Shown here: positions 23,381 to 36,322 of the stretch, piece by piece | How the letters are laid out: each line of letters starts with the position of its first letter | Position numbering within the stretch: the first letter of the stretch is position 1 | Source of the DNA: Squalus acanthias | Taxonomy: Eukaryota | DNA length: 64,000 nucleotides | Direction of reading: 5' to 3' | NCBI GenBank assembly: GCA_030390025.1 | Contig: CM059433.1 | Coordinates: forward strand, 15,812,001 to 15,876,000 | Notes under the pieces: model-generated | What the model was told of the DNA's origin: nothing | Databases searched by the model: none | What the model saw: only the letters and a program-made list of their open reading frames with translations | Made by a program: the position numbers and the translations under genes

Positions 23381-24221
23381 CATAGAAACATAGAAACATA
23401 GAAGATAGGAGCAGGAGTAGGCCATTCGGCCCCTCGAGCCTGCTCCACCATTCGATGAGATCATGGCTGATCATCCAAACTCAGTACCTTGTACCTGCCT
23501 TCTCCCCATATCCCTTGATACCTTTAGCTTTAAGAAATATATCTAACTCATTCTTGAATATATTTAATGACTTGGCCTCAACTACCTTCTGTGGTAGAGA
23601 ATTCCACAGGTTCACCACTCTCTGGGTGAAGAAATTCTTCCTCATTTCTGTCCTAAATGGCTTACCCCTTATCCTTAGATTATGACCCCTGGTTCTGGAC
23701 TCTCCGACCATTGGGAACATTCTTCCTGCATCTAGTTTGTCCAGACCTGTCAGAATTTTATATGTTTCGATGAGATCCCCTCTCATTCTTCTATACTCCA
23801 GCGAGTATAAGCCCAATCAACCCAATCTCTCCTCATATGTCATTCCTGCCATCCCAGGTATCAGCCTTGTGAATCTTCGCTGAACTCCTTCCATGGCAAG
23901 AACATCCTTCCTCAGATAAGGCGACCAAAACTGCACACAGTACTCAAGGTGTGGTCTCACCAAGGCCCTGTACAACTGCAGCAGGACATCCCTGTTCCTA
24001 TACTCAAACCCTTTCGCTATGAAGGCCAACATACCATTTGCCTTCTTCACCGCCTGCTGCACCTGCATGCTTACCTTCAGCGACTGGTGCACAAGGACTC
24101 CCAGGTCTCGTTGCACTTCCCCGTCTCCCAATCTATTGCCATTCAGATAATAGTCTGCCTTTCTGTTTTTGACACCAAAGTGGATAACCTCGCATTTATC
24201 CACGTTATATTGCATCTGCCA
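23381..24221 (-). mobile_element. CR1 3' fragment
   Basis: ORFs 23817-24326 and 23481-23816 cover WQMQYNVDKCEVIHFG...LVRPHLEYCVQFWSP...RGDLIETYK, with a (CATAGAAA)n tail. Confidence 0.95.
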
Positions 24222-26844
24222 AGTGAAGCTTATCGAGAGAGACCAAAGGATGGGTTTGTGAAGCAGGAGCTGGATTTTCCTTTCAGTTTTGACCAACACG
24301 AAATACGTGTGGTAAAGGGACTGCAAATCTTGGGAGGCATAAAATCACTTTGGATCCAAACATCAAAATTATATGTCAATTATATCTTGATACATAGAAA
24401 AAAAGACTTTCAATTTGACACACCAGGGCTGCTATAAAATGGAAGTGGCACTGAAAATTTCTATGGATACTCTTGATCACTCACAGATACTGAAAGTATT
24501 CGACAAGTGGTGTAGGCCATGGTTTTCCCAGGAATGACATTAGATTTACCTATAATTTGTCAACATCCAAATTGCAATCTCCAAATTCTCATTTGCATTG
24601 TCTTAATTTCAATATTCTGCTCCTCACCAAAAAGTACACCACGACACAATGGTCATTTGTGATCCTTGCCCCTTTCTTTGCTGCCACTTCCGAGGACAAC
24701 AGGAGACAAACAATTCAACCAAAGTCATGACTGCAGTGGCTCAGTGAAGAGAGCCGTCAACGTTTGTATTCTCCCACAGAACAGAGAGTAGTCAGTCTGG
24801 CCATTCCTACTGCTGGCAGCAACACCAGAGAGAACGGAGATTAGGCCAATGGTTTAATATCTCTCACTGGCCAAACCTGCTCCACTTTATTGATTAGTCT
24901 GCCCTCACTCCATGTCCTGGTGGCAGCTTCATCCTGCCATTGTTCAGGGATAGGAGGAAACTGGAAACTTAGTGACACTTTTTTTAAAAAAAGGATTAGA
25001 ATAAGAAAAATCAAAATTTACCACCAGCAGGAGAAAAGCACCATCTGCCTCATTGTTCTCAAAAACATGGTAATGAGTGGGTTGAGTAATCCAGATGCAA
25101 GCTTTTCTTTATCCCACCAATGAGCACGCTGAATTCCATTTATGGTTTCAAAGTATGAGCACCTAATGATGATTTAGACTGTTTAGATAATTTAGGCAGC
25201 TGATTTTAGACCCCAACTGATTTTCTTCTCCATTCTCCCTCAGTACTGTACTGGAGTGTCAGCCAAGAATATGCGCTCAAGTGCTAGGAGTTGGGCTTGA
25301 ACCCACGGCCTTCTGTCTCGGAGCCAAGGCTGACACACGGGTAATGGTAATGTGATAAAAACATAACAGTATGGATGTTAAAGATATGAATGGCAAATAA
25401 TGAACAAGACTGGCAGACTGTGCCACATCATGGTAGGATATAGGTTTGAGCACAGGCTCCAAATACAGGTCACCCTTGGCCACTTCTGATCATTTCAAGA
25501 GTAGCAGTGGCAGAGAGTTATGAGTAAGGCATCTGCTCATTCTGAGCTGTTAATTCCTTAGAAGGAGTACATAGAAATTGTAACACGAAATCAGGCCATT
25601 TGGCCCAACTACTCCGTATTGGTGCCTGTCCTCCACACGAGCAGTAGTCCTCATCCCATTCCCCTGCCCTGTTCGCATATCCCTTTATTCCCCTTGTCTT
25701 CAACCGCCAATCTATCTATTCTCTTCTTCAATCACAAACTCTGGTAGTGCACAGCCTCACGTTCCTCTGTATATGAATGTTTCTCTTGCTCTTTGTAATT
25801 AGGTATATAAATTGGTGAGGGGGAGAAAAAATTTAAAGAGCCAAAATTCAATGCAAAAAAACATACAGAAATTAGCAATAATTTTCTTCCATGCACCCCG
25901 TAGACACAGTTAGGGAAATATTCTCACTGACTTAAGGAAGGAACGCGAGCCTAAAATTTCCTTAATACATGCAAATTTGATGGAAACAACACAATGCAAA
26001 TGTTTCCACTCCTTGCATCATCACATGGCTGTTTACTCCGGATATTCTGCATTTGAATCCATAAGATATTCGGTGCGAAATCTCGCCTCCACAGTGGTCT
26101 ACCTGAGTGAGTGTTTGCATGAGGAGCACATCTGACAGTAGTTTACAGAATGGCTACATTCTCACCTGCAAGACAAGGGAAGGGGGTATTATGCTGCCGA
26201 ATTCCTGCATAACGGAAGAGTCTCACCCACTCCTATCCACGGTTCACTAATGCTGCAGTAAGCTTATTCTGGATAAAGTGAGAGAATGGACATTGCTCGC
26301 TTTAGCACTGAAAGGCACCGTCCACAGAAAAGACTAGTGCAACAAGCTTGGCAGCAAACAACTAACACATGCAGAAGATGGCAGAACTAAGGAAAGCTGC
26401 AAGGTGAAGCTTCACACAGCTTCTCTTATACCAAGTAGCTGCTTAAATATGCATGTCTCAGTGTGTTTCTTCCTAACCCGTTTTTTCTTTCCTGCTGCCC
26501 CACTTAAAGCATTGGTACAACTTTGCAGCCCTTTAAATGCTTACAATGTATGACCATATTGCAGCAGGGCACAAATATACAGACGGCAGTTACACAGACT
26601 TCATTGCTGCCCACAGGTCTATTCTGGTGCAGCTCAGCACTCAAATCAAGGAACCGTGCGCAGCAGCCTGGCTGAAAACTGGCGTCAGTGAGGCCGCCAT
26701 TTTTTTCTTCAAACTCATTCTTAATGACGTGGGCGTTGCTGGCAAGGCCAGCATTTATTGCCAGTCTCTCAAGGTGATGCCACATCTGCCCATCCAGCAT
26801 CCCTACACAAGTGATAATGGATGCACCATGATGGAATGAGATGT

Positions 26845-27112
26845 TAAATTGGAGCCATCTTCCCTCTCAGCAAAGATCTCATGGCACTATTCGAAGAGCA
26901 GCAGAGAATTTTCCCTGACTAACCTTTATCCCTCAAACAACATCACCCAAACAGAATTATTTGGTCATTGCTCTTTGCTGGGCCCAGGTTGGCTGCTCCG
27001 TTTCCCTACATTACAACAGAGACCACACCTTAAAAGTAATTCATTGCCTGTGAAGTGCTTTAGGACATCCTGAAATCATGAAAGGTGCTACATAAATGTA
27101 AGTTCTTTCTTT
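26845..27112 (+). mobile_element. DeuSINE (SacSINE1-like) 3' half
   Basis: It reads AAAGATCTCATGGCACTATTCGAAGAGCAG...TTTATCCCTCA...TTTCCCTACATTACAACAG...AAGGTGCTACATAAATG with a (TTTC)n end. Confidence 0.7.
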
Positions 27113-27578
27113 GACAACCTAGGTCTGCCAGCTCTGTGTGTGTTCGTTCTTTGTTCTCACTCCGGATAACTTTATAACTTTCAGCTTCAGCGGGGGTGGG
27201 GGGTGAAAAATTAGCGGTATCGAATTGGCCGCCCGTTATACAACACGCATGAGTTTCCTTTCCATTGAATTCAGCTATTTGTTTGGAGAGATAACGTACA
27301 TCACCCTCTGATTTTTGAATGAGCTCTTGCATCGACTGAGCTATTTGTCTAACCTGGGCCCTGTTCCTCAAGGACTCTCAGACCAGTTGTGTCACACAAT
27401 CATTGGCTCTCCGACCGTGTGTGTGACAACTTGTGCCACTGTCTCGGCTACTTACTGGATGCCAACTTTACAGCACAGGAAGCAGCCAGCTGTCCCACCA
27501 CACTTGCTATCCACTTCGTCCCATTCCCCAGCCTTTTTCCTCATCCCCTTTAAAAGAAATGTCCAAATATCTTAGGTC

Positions 27579-27840
27579 CAGTGAACTCTTTTTATCCCGC
27601 ACCTACGGGACCAGGATGGTGCCGGTTGATGAAAAATTCTGGATAACAGAGCGGTATACCTACCAAGGCAATTTTTAACACAAAACAAAAATAAAAACCA
27701 CTGACTAACTCGGCCACCACGGGAGACTCGGACTCGGCAAAACGAGTGCTGGATGGATTCGGCAAGATTACCGGTTATCTATTTTGCCGGTTATTAAAGT
27801 ATTCCGGATGATTAAGTGCCGTTTAAACAAGAGTTTACTG
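27579..27840. mobile_element. Tc1/mariner-pogo (Tigger-like) MITE
   Basis: TIRs are CAGTGAACTCT / AGAGTTTACTG. The right flank is TA (left flank TC), and there are subterminal CCGG repeats. Confidence 0.6.
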
Positions 27841-28633
27841 TACCTATATTAGTTTCCTCTTAACCCGCTTCCTTCTAACCCAAATACTGGCTGACCTTCA
27901 AAACAGTGCTGTCTTGACTCCACTTTTCTGGATTTAAGCTCTAAAGTGTTACCTTTTCACGTAATCTGAGCCGAGGAGCCTCCTGCTGTTTGTTGCTTTT
28001 AAGGGCCAACAGAGGGAGGGTGCCGGGAACTCATAAAACAATGATTATCTTTCAGCACAGCCAGGGGAATGGTGCTAACAACTGTGTGCTGAACTATTAA
28101 ACATCATTTATATGTTTAGCAAATAGCTCTGATTGTATTTTTCAGATGATCATTGAAGGAAGGATATCTCCCAGAATATTCCTTTGACAATATCAAAATA
28201 ATATTTAAAGTATATGCACATTCTGCTTGCAGTTACCTCAGTCTGTTGTTGATTTTAAATATATAGCATAATATCTTAAATATTTTAAACAGTGCATGCA
28301 GAGGACCACAATTGTATTTATTTATATATATTTTAATGTTTGTACACGTGCCATAATGTGATCCAGAGGCGAAGCCAGTATTTACATCAGACTTGAATGA
28401 TTATCACATAACCTTCCCATGTGAGGGGTCCAACCCAGCCACAATCCAAATGAAGTGTGGAATATATTCACTGCAGCTCTTGACTAACGTAATCTAAATA
28501 TTAAACCATTTCCTAACCCATTTGTTTTCCACTATAAGTGCTTTATGCATGAAATTTTGTAGGTTGCAACCCACCAACAAATCTAAACTCTAACTGAAAC
28601 TATGCTCTCAACTACTCGGTCCTGTAAGTTAAT

Positions 28634-29414
28634 GGACCCAATTTGCTGTCAAAATAACAGTGAGACCAATGGCGCTGGCCGTTAATTACGCGCCAATGGT
28701 ACAGCCACTTCAGGCGAGGCGCAGATGCGTGGTTAAACGGCAATATCCGGAAGTTTCCGTCAGAGTTGTGTCGCTCCACCGTTAGCTTTGCGAAAACGGC
28801 ATCTCGCTGTCTGCCTCACCATTGACGCCATTGAATGGCGCTATTTGCGCGGTAGATACGAAATAAACGCACCACAGAAAGTTAAGTCTTGTCATTTCAA
28901 GCGCAAGTACTCTTTTAACGATGTGATAGTGTTAATGGCTGCCAGTCATCCTCTCTGGCTCTGAAAATGAACTATTACAAGTGTGGAGTTTCATTCCTTC
29001 AGGTATTAATTGTTGTTGGAGATTTAAAAAAATTGAATTTTAAATTTAATTTTAATTTAAATTTTTCCTTTCTGTCACTTTTTTCTCTCTCCCTTAATCC
29101 AATCTTTCTTTCCCTCTCTCTTTATTTCTCTTCTGTACCTGATTTGACATTGAATTCACCCACTCTAACTCACACTTCATTTTGTGTCCTTGCGCTGTTA
29201 ATTTCACAATGTTTCAATCTGATTGGTTAAGGAGATACACAGTTGCTTGCCTTGTTCACTCAGGTCCCAGATGCTCTGTTTCCCTCGCTGTGCTGTTATC
29301 AGCTTCCACTTTCAGCAATGTGTCATGCAAAAAATGTAAAAACCTAAACATGCAAGGGCAAGTCTAACTAACGACAGACGCCGTTAGATGCCCTGCTGCT
29401 GCAAAATCTGGCCC
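28634..29414 (-). mobile_element. Harbinger-type MITE, family A (copy 2)
   Basis: Ends are GGACCCAATTTGC / GCAAAATCTGGCCC, flanked by AAT on both sides. The core is the reverse complement of 3410-3600. Confidence 0.7.
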
Positions 29415-29764
29415 AATATGTTTGTGGCTTGCAATACATCAGTCTTTCCCATAAAACGTCAGCTCTTGCCATTCACAAATCCACAAAATTATCCCATTCT
29501 AACCAGCTTCTCACCCTTTACACATGTTTGCACAAATCAAATTTCACGTTTTCTTGCGTATCTTGTACTTAATATTTTCATTCTTATTGTTCTAAGTTTC
29601 CAGTTTATTTCCTCTATCCAAAACTTTCTTCATTCATATCTCTCACTGTTTAATAGGATAGGTTAGCAGGGAAGTTAGTGACCCTTGCAGAATTGACGTT
29701 TTTGGGCAGCATTTTATGTTCATTGAGGTTCGAAGTATTACTGCTGGAGAACGGATAACTCTTT

Positions 29765-30495
29765 GGGGCTGATATTCACTTGGGGGTTGGCGGGGGCTGA
29801 CGGTGTTAACGGGATGATAAGGGCCTAAAAATGGGATTGGTAGCCTTGCCGCCCTGTTAACTCCAACGATCAGCCCACTACGACTTTCAGAGGGGCCTAT
29901 GGCTGTGCCTGACTCAAACAGGTGGTAGGCCTCTTTCCCACGCAAGTCAGGGTCCTAATGACGTCGTTAGGACCCCTGACTGCAAATTGAAGTCGGCTCG
30001 GCGTTACAACACCCCCACCCCATCTGAGGACCTACCCACGGGCCTCTGCTGGCATCCCAGCCGACCGACGTTCCGGAGGCCAAAGAGAGCCTTCAACCGC
30101 TGTGGAGCCGGAGTCCCCAACATCTCCATCGTAGAGATCACAGACTGGCTGTTGCATCCAACAGCCAGCTGATTTCTGCAAAGTAGAAAGGTTTGATGAG
30201 TCCTGAACGCAAGGACTCATCAAACGACACAGAATGTCAGTGTTTGACAGCTTCACAGAGCTGTCAAACGATGACATTTCTTCTTTCAAAAGTTCTTGAT
30301 AGATGACACATCATACGTTGACGTGCTTTGTCACTGACTTCCCCCTAATTGGCCTGCTGAGCCCGCTGGGCGGGCTTAACAAGGTCAATCAAGGGAAATT
30401 CCCACTGGTTGGCCAGAAGCTGATGAAGGCGGGATTGAAACCCGGCAAGCAGCAGTCCTGCCTCCAAAAGCTTCCCATTCAGAAAATCCAGCCCC
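29765..30495. mobile_element. Harbinger-type MITE with internal hairpin cluster
   Basis: Ends are GGGGCTGATATTC / GAAAATCCAGCCCC. The right subterminal region resembles the left end of 4241-6034. Confidence 0.6.
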
Positions 30496-32034
30496 TGGTT
30501 TAGCATCAAGCACAGGCTGGATAGAAAATTACACTCTAGGCAGAACTTTCCATGGTCCTGTCCCCACTGACGGAGCAGTGGGTTACTGATCAGATAATCA
30601 CAGGTATATTGCCCACAATTTTCCATCTAACGACATCAATGGGAGGAAGATTGTTGCCGATGGACCCGATCTTCTGATAAGCTGCCTGTTGTGCGAGAGG
30701 CCTCACCATTGGTGTGGAGCCTGCGAAAGTGTCACCTTCTATGCATGAACCTCTTCATCAGTGGTGTGTCTCCATTTCCCACACTGGCTATCCTTCGAGT
30801 CGATCTGAAAGAGGTTGCCAATTCAGTACCAATTTGTGCCAAATTATAGGAGTCTCAAATGGTGGGCCCACAATCACTGGTTGTTGTGTTGAGATTGTCC
30901 AAACTAATTGCATGAGGTGAGCTTACTATTGGCAGGGTGGGGCAAGGCTTACCTCACTAGCTGCAGCAAATTCAATCTCCGAGGTGGAATGACAGTGCGG
31001 TTGGCAGTGTGACACTGCACTATCCGTTGCTCACATCTTGTTTCAAGAATGTCTTTTGAGACCGTTTTAAGTTAGAAATAGTAAAAAGTTAACCCTCCTA
31101 AAAATGCAGGAAAGAATTTAAAGAAAACTATTTAAAATATGAAATCCATCTCCCCATCCCCCAAAAACTTAGCAATTAAAAGTTAATTGATTTGCAAGCT
31201 TTTTAATGCAGCAGACAAGCTAAAGATCATGGCCCCGAAATTCCTTAGTTCACAGAGCTGGTGCCAACCATTGCCCTCCAGAACTGACCCCACTAGAACG
31301 TATGGTGTTCACGAGAGGGAAGTACATATATATAAGGCAGGCAGATGCAAACATTTCAGATGCATCTCCAGCATCTACCTCCCCATTATTGACTTCAGTG
31401 CATGTCTACCTTTGGGTTGGAGGTCAAGTTGCTTCCCTGATTTTGTCCATGGTCTTCTTGACCCCCGAGAATTGTTTTTTAAACATTGCTTGGAGAGTTC
31501 TTCAGGGCTTCAGGCTCTTTCCCTGGTCTGGGCCTTCCCACGTGGTGAGCCCACATCCATCAAATGGAGGCCAGTACATCTCTACCTCACTGGGCACACC
31601 ACCATCCATTGAATCGCCAAGTCCCGACTGAGCGGGAATTCTCAATGTAGGGAGCATAAGCCCCGACCAACCTTTGCCTTGTAGAGGGTGGTCGCAGGTT
31701 CCACACCTTACAAGACAAAGAGGAATGGTGGTTGACCAGTGGAGTAGCTTCAGCCCCACACCATTTATGGCAAGGTTTCAGAGTTTGATACAGGCTTTCA
31801 GAAATTGGCTCCAGTATTAAGGGATAAGTTCTACATACACAATAATAGACCTGTATTTCTATAAAGTCTTGTCGCATCGGCAAATGTCTCGAAGCACTTT
31901 GCACAGTGAATTGCTTTTTCGAGTGCAGTGACTCTTGTTATGTAACCATCCACAAGAAGCTTTTACAGTTGGCTATTGTGTGCGCAAGTTTCAAAACTCA
32001 ATTGTATTCTTTTAAATTTCAAGTTTAAAAAAGA

Positions 32035-32392
32035 AAATTGCTCTCAGGGTGTGGACCAAAGTGGCAAAGCGGCATATACTGCTCATCCCTAGTCGCCTTG
32101 AGAAGGTATTGCTAGGTCTTCTTCTTAGCAATTCCTTTCACAACAGTGGCTCACTTGGCCACTTCAGAGGGCTTTCAGAGTCAACCACATAGCGTGGGAC
32201 TTTAGGCATTTGTAGGCCAGACCCGTAGGGGTGGCAGATTTCCTTTCCTGAATGATATTGATGAAGTGGGTCAATTTTTATGACAATCTGGCAGCTTTCA
32301 TGATCTTTTTTTTGTCGCCAGACCTCAAATTACCAGATTTATTGAATTGAATTTCACGATTTGCCATGGTGGGATTTGAAGTAATGATCTCT
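32035..32392 (-). mobile_element. tRNA-headed SINE of the 50777-LINE family; head interrupted by a solo LTR
   Basis: The reverse complement has TTCAAATCCCACCATGGCA, GGATTGTCATAAAAA-like and GTGGTTGACTCT..CCCTCTGAAGTGGCC segments, plus a tail CCTTCTCAAGG..TAGGGATG. Confidence 0.7.
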
Positions 32393-34248
32393 TGAGGGGA
32401 TTTTTACTAGTCCTAGCCTCTTTGGGGCTACCCCGGTTCAGGCGTATTTCTCAGACGTTCACTTTCAACTAAAGTTTGAGGTAGCCAAATCCTAAAGATG
32501 CTTAATTGGGTCTAAAGATCCGGGCTATCTCTCCCTAAAGGAAATGAACAACCCAAGAATGTTACCGTCCTCCAGATAGCGCTTTTAATAAGTTTAGCTA
32601 GACTGTAACGTTCTGGATATTATGAGGGTCCAGAAAACTCCCTCAAAATTCTGCAACTCCTCATCAAAGAGTGTACAGAGATTGAGTTCACGAGTTTTTG
32701 ATACAGAAGTCTTGTGTGAGACAATTCTAAAAATATATAGATTTATTAAAGGACCGACATGCAATTTACAGTTGGTGAGTCAATCGCAACATTAACAGTT
32801 CCAAAAAGAGGTCTGCGATCTGGAAAAATCTGCGCCCTTACCTGAGGGCTCCCGGGACGCACACGCTTCCGCTCCTGGGCCTCTCCAAACTCCAAATGCA
32901 CAGGGCCCACGTATCCCAGGGGCACATGTAGTTCGCAGTGTCCCTGGGATCACGTGGGCCATGGGGAGCCAATCAAAGAAGGGAATCTCCCTTCATACAC
33001 TTGACAGGAAGACCGGTCAAATATGTGAATGGAGATCACCCCAAAAACATAGTAAAACTTTAAATACATTTTTATTTAAAACACATTTTTAAAAGGACTT
33101 GAAATTATAATAAATTAAGTATATTAAACAAAAATTTAATTTTTTGAAAAAAATAATTAAAGTTTTTTACAGGGCTAAAAATAAACTTACCTTTTTTAAA
33201 AGTATTTTTAAATGATAAATCAGTGAAAATTGTTTTTTTAACTTTTTTGAACTCTTTTCCTGGTAAAAGCAGGCCTTACGCCTGCTTTTACCAGGCGTAA
33301 GAATTGTTAGGGTTTTCTGTGGGCAGAGGGTCTCCAAAAAGTGGAACTATCCGCTCGCAGAGGCCCTTCTCCAGGGCAGCCGGAGGATCTGTCAAGACCA
33401 TTCTTGACAGATCGGAAATGACGGTTTTCAGCGCATGCACTTTGCATGCCTGAAACCGACATTTCCGGTGTCCCTATGGATGGGTACACAGCGCGTACCC
33501 ACCCGTAGGGATCGGAATATCTGGGCCACGATCCTTTTAACAGAGAATCTTACTTTCAAATTTTAACTTCGCTACAGTATTACAATTCTTAAAGTTCTTA
33601 TACAGGATATCCACCAATATCAAATACCTTTGATCCCCGAGGTACAAAGAGTTGGAGACTACAGAGCCGCCTCTGAAGCTGAGAATTGCTTTGCCCGATT
33701 AAAGTGAGTCTGTTATCCCATTTGAGAGTTCAATATTTATACCCTTTTCCAGTGGTATTTCCTTTAAGGTTTTCTGCTGATGCAAGCTAATTATCTCTCG
33801 TCATCTTTCTGCTGACCTCTGCAATTCTTACTGCCACATCAGCTGGTAGCATTACAGAATCATGTCTCATCTCTAGGTGTTCTAAGTTTACCATATAAAA
33901 AACGGTGTGACGGCAGGTGTTCCTTACTTTATGTCATCTTTACGAGGGCAGATGTTCCTTATCTTATGTGCTTCTTTATGAAGTGTAAATTAGAACACCT
34001 TATCCAGGGTGAACCATTGTTTTTGTTCCCAAAAGTCAGCCTGTCGGAGCCCTTCACCTTCTGTTTCAATAAGGTTATTTATTCAGGGTCAACAACTGCC
34101 TTATCTCAATAGCCAGAATGCTTTCATAGCTATTTCATAGTTAGGTTTCTAAATTTCCAAACCCAGTTTGTCATGTTTTAATAAGGCCAGAATTCTTTCA
34201 TAAGATGGTGTATTTTTCTGAATAGGTTACATGGCTTATTCCTTCACA
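32393..34248 (-). mobile_element. solo LTR (ERV1/Gypsy-like, 4-bp TSD) with nested MITE
   Basis: Termini are TG..CA with imperfect inverted ends, and the TSD CTCT is at 32389-32392 and 34249-34252. Minus-strand TATAAA is at 33736-33741 and AATAAA at 32742-32747. Confidence 0.7.
32810..33527 (+). mobile_element. hairpin-rich MITE, family C (copy 1, left end truncated)
   Basis: It is colinear with 35600-36322 and has a right TIR GAATATCTGGGCC. Confidence 0.75.
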
Positions 34249-35561
34249 CTCTGGGCTGCTGGTTCATAAACTGCTTGACTCTCCCTCATAAACCTATTGA
34301 AGCGTACCACATTTTGTTCATTTTAGTTTGCTCTTTTTAAACTCACTTTGACAACAACTAAAATGTAACCCTTATCCCAATTTATACCTTTAATTGGTAT
34401 TTCAACACAATTAACTGCAGGACCTAGTTCAAACAGTTTGTAATAAATTATAGTTTTTAGCTTTCAAGTGGTTTTTGCTTTGAGTGTAAAATTCAAATAG
34501 AAGAATTGCATGGCAATTACCGTTTTATGTAATTAAAGAGTACATCGATATTTATCTCTTTATAGTTTCAATTTTTAGTTTCTTTAAAACTAACATTTTG
34601 GACAACCTTTTGGGTCGTAACTTGTGTACAATGGCTTCCAGTTTTCATGATCACCACTTGTTGTGACCATTCCATTGTAATAATCAATCTGCTCTTACCA
34701 AAAACACCCAATATCTACCCATATGGTTTTTGTTTATAAAGACCACTGGAGCTCCCATGGTGTTGCTCACAGTGAGTCAGAGGGTACATTGCTTTGCATT
34801 ATACCAGGTAACACAAAATGCATTATAATATAGTTGATTTCTCATGCTCATGAACAAAATATAATTATACATCTTCACCTGTAACTGTCTCTCTACTTCT
34901 TTTCCATTCTGTAATTCATTTTTGTATTGCTCTCCAGCTTTATCTCCTACCCTTCCTTCTCTCTCACTGAATCCCTCTCTCATACTCTTTTTTTCCTCAT
35001 CATAAATCTCTCACCTTTGGTCACTTCTTTATGTTTCAAATGTTCCTTGTTGGCTCTCAGACCTGTTCCTCTATTCATTACCGAACACTTACCTTGTGTG
35101 CTCAAGTAGATGGGAGACAACATGCATGGGTTTTGTGGGATGGGACTAGTTTGCTAGAACAGCGACATGAGCAGCTGAACGAGAAGGTGGGGTGGGATTT
35201 AGAGCTCGGAGGAAGCTGGCGCGAGTTCCAGGAAATAAAGTGGGGCATCTGGCATTCCTCACTTGGCGTTGGAGCCTCCAGCCATCTTGGTCCACCCTCT
35301 CGAACTCCCTTCCTAAACTTCTTTCCCATGCTACTTTCCTCCCTCCCTTTACAAACCTACTAAAAAGAAATCTACCTTTTTGTTAGGAAATCTTGAAAAC
35401 GGACAGAAAAAATCACAGGGTGCACACGCCTATATTCCCGATATGCAATCCCAGTGGACCAGGCTACAGGAACGCCATGTCATAAAATTACCCTTTCAGA
35501 ACAATTGAGAGTGCTGTTAAATTTTTGCTACCTATTGAATCCAACAAATGTAAGATGTATT

Positions 35562-36322
35562 GGCCCAGAAATTCGCCTCTCTGGCTTGCCGCGGGGGTAA
35601 GGATCGCGCGCGCACTTACCTACCGCATCTGCCATTCTGCTTCTGGCCCACGGGGACTTCGGCTCCTGGGCCTGCTCCAACTGCCGGTGCGCAGTGCGTG
35701 CGTGTCCCAGGGGCGTAGTTAGTGCGATGCGTCCCCTGGGATCATGTGGGCCACGGAGAGCCAATGGCAGCAGACCATCTTTCATTCATAGATTTGACAG
35801 GATCTGTCAAATCTATGAATTGAAATCGGCCCCAAAAGAACAGCTAAACTTCAAATAAATTTTTTTTTAAAAATCACATTTATAAAATAACTATAAGTTA
35901 AATAAATTAACTACTGTAAACAAAAATTAAAATTTTTGAAAAAATTAAAATACTTTTTAACAGTGCTAAAAATAAACTTACCTTTCTTTAAAGTATCTAA
36001 AAAAGATAAACCTGTTGAAAATTTTTTAATTTATAATTAATTAACCACTTACCTTGTTGAAAACGGGTCCTGCGCCTCCTTTTTAAAAGCGTAGGTTCTT
36101 CAATACTTACCCTCCCGTAGAAACCTGAAAAAAAACCTAAGTTTGCTGCGTGCGCGCAGCCTCTACCGTGCATGCGGTTCACCTATGAACCGCCCCCTTC
36201 ACCAGACCGGAAGTTCCGGTTTCCCGCGCATGCGCAGTGCATGCAGGAAACCGGCACTTCAGGTGGCCTTACGGGTGAGTACACAGTGCGTACTCACCCG
36301 GCAAGGGCCGAATTTTTGGCCC
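35562..36322 (+). mobile_element. hairpin-rich Harbinger-type MITE, family C (copy 2, complete)
   Basis: TIRs are GGCCCAGAAATTCG / CGAATTTTTGGCCC with ATT on both flanks. It has GC-rich arms and an AT-rich centre. Confidence 0.85.

Noticed and set aside
23050..24560. Crypton/DUF3504-like relic on both sides of the CR1 (FDTPGLL)
   Set aside because: Only a short motif resembles it, and the surrounding translations do not support the family.
26685..26710. GCCGCCATTTT as a YY1 promoter site
   Set aside because: The T-run belongs to the tail of an adjacent minus-strand retroelement, and there is no CpG island or gene.
30191..30225. TGATGAGTCC...GGAC as a hammerhead ribozyme
   Set aside because: It lacks the leading C and the GAAA box, and the motif is simply one arm of a perfect palindrome.
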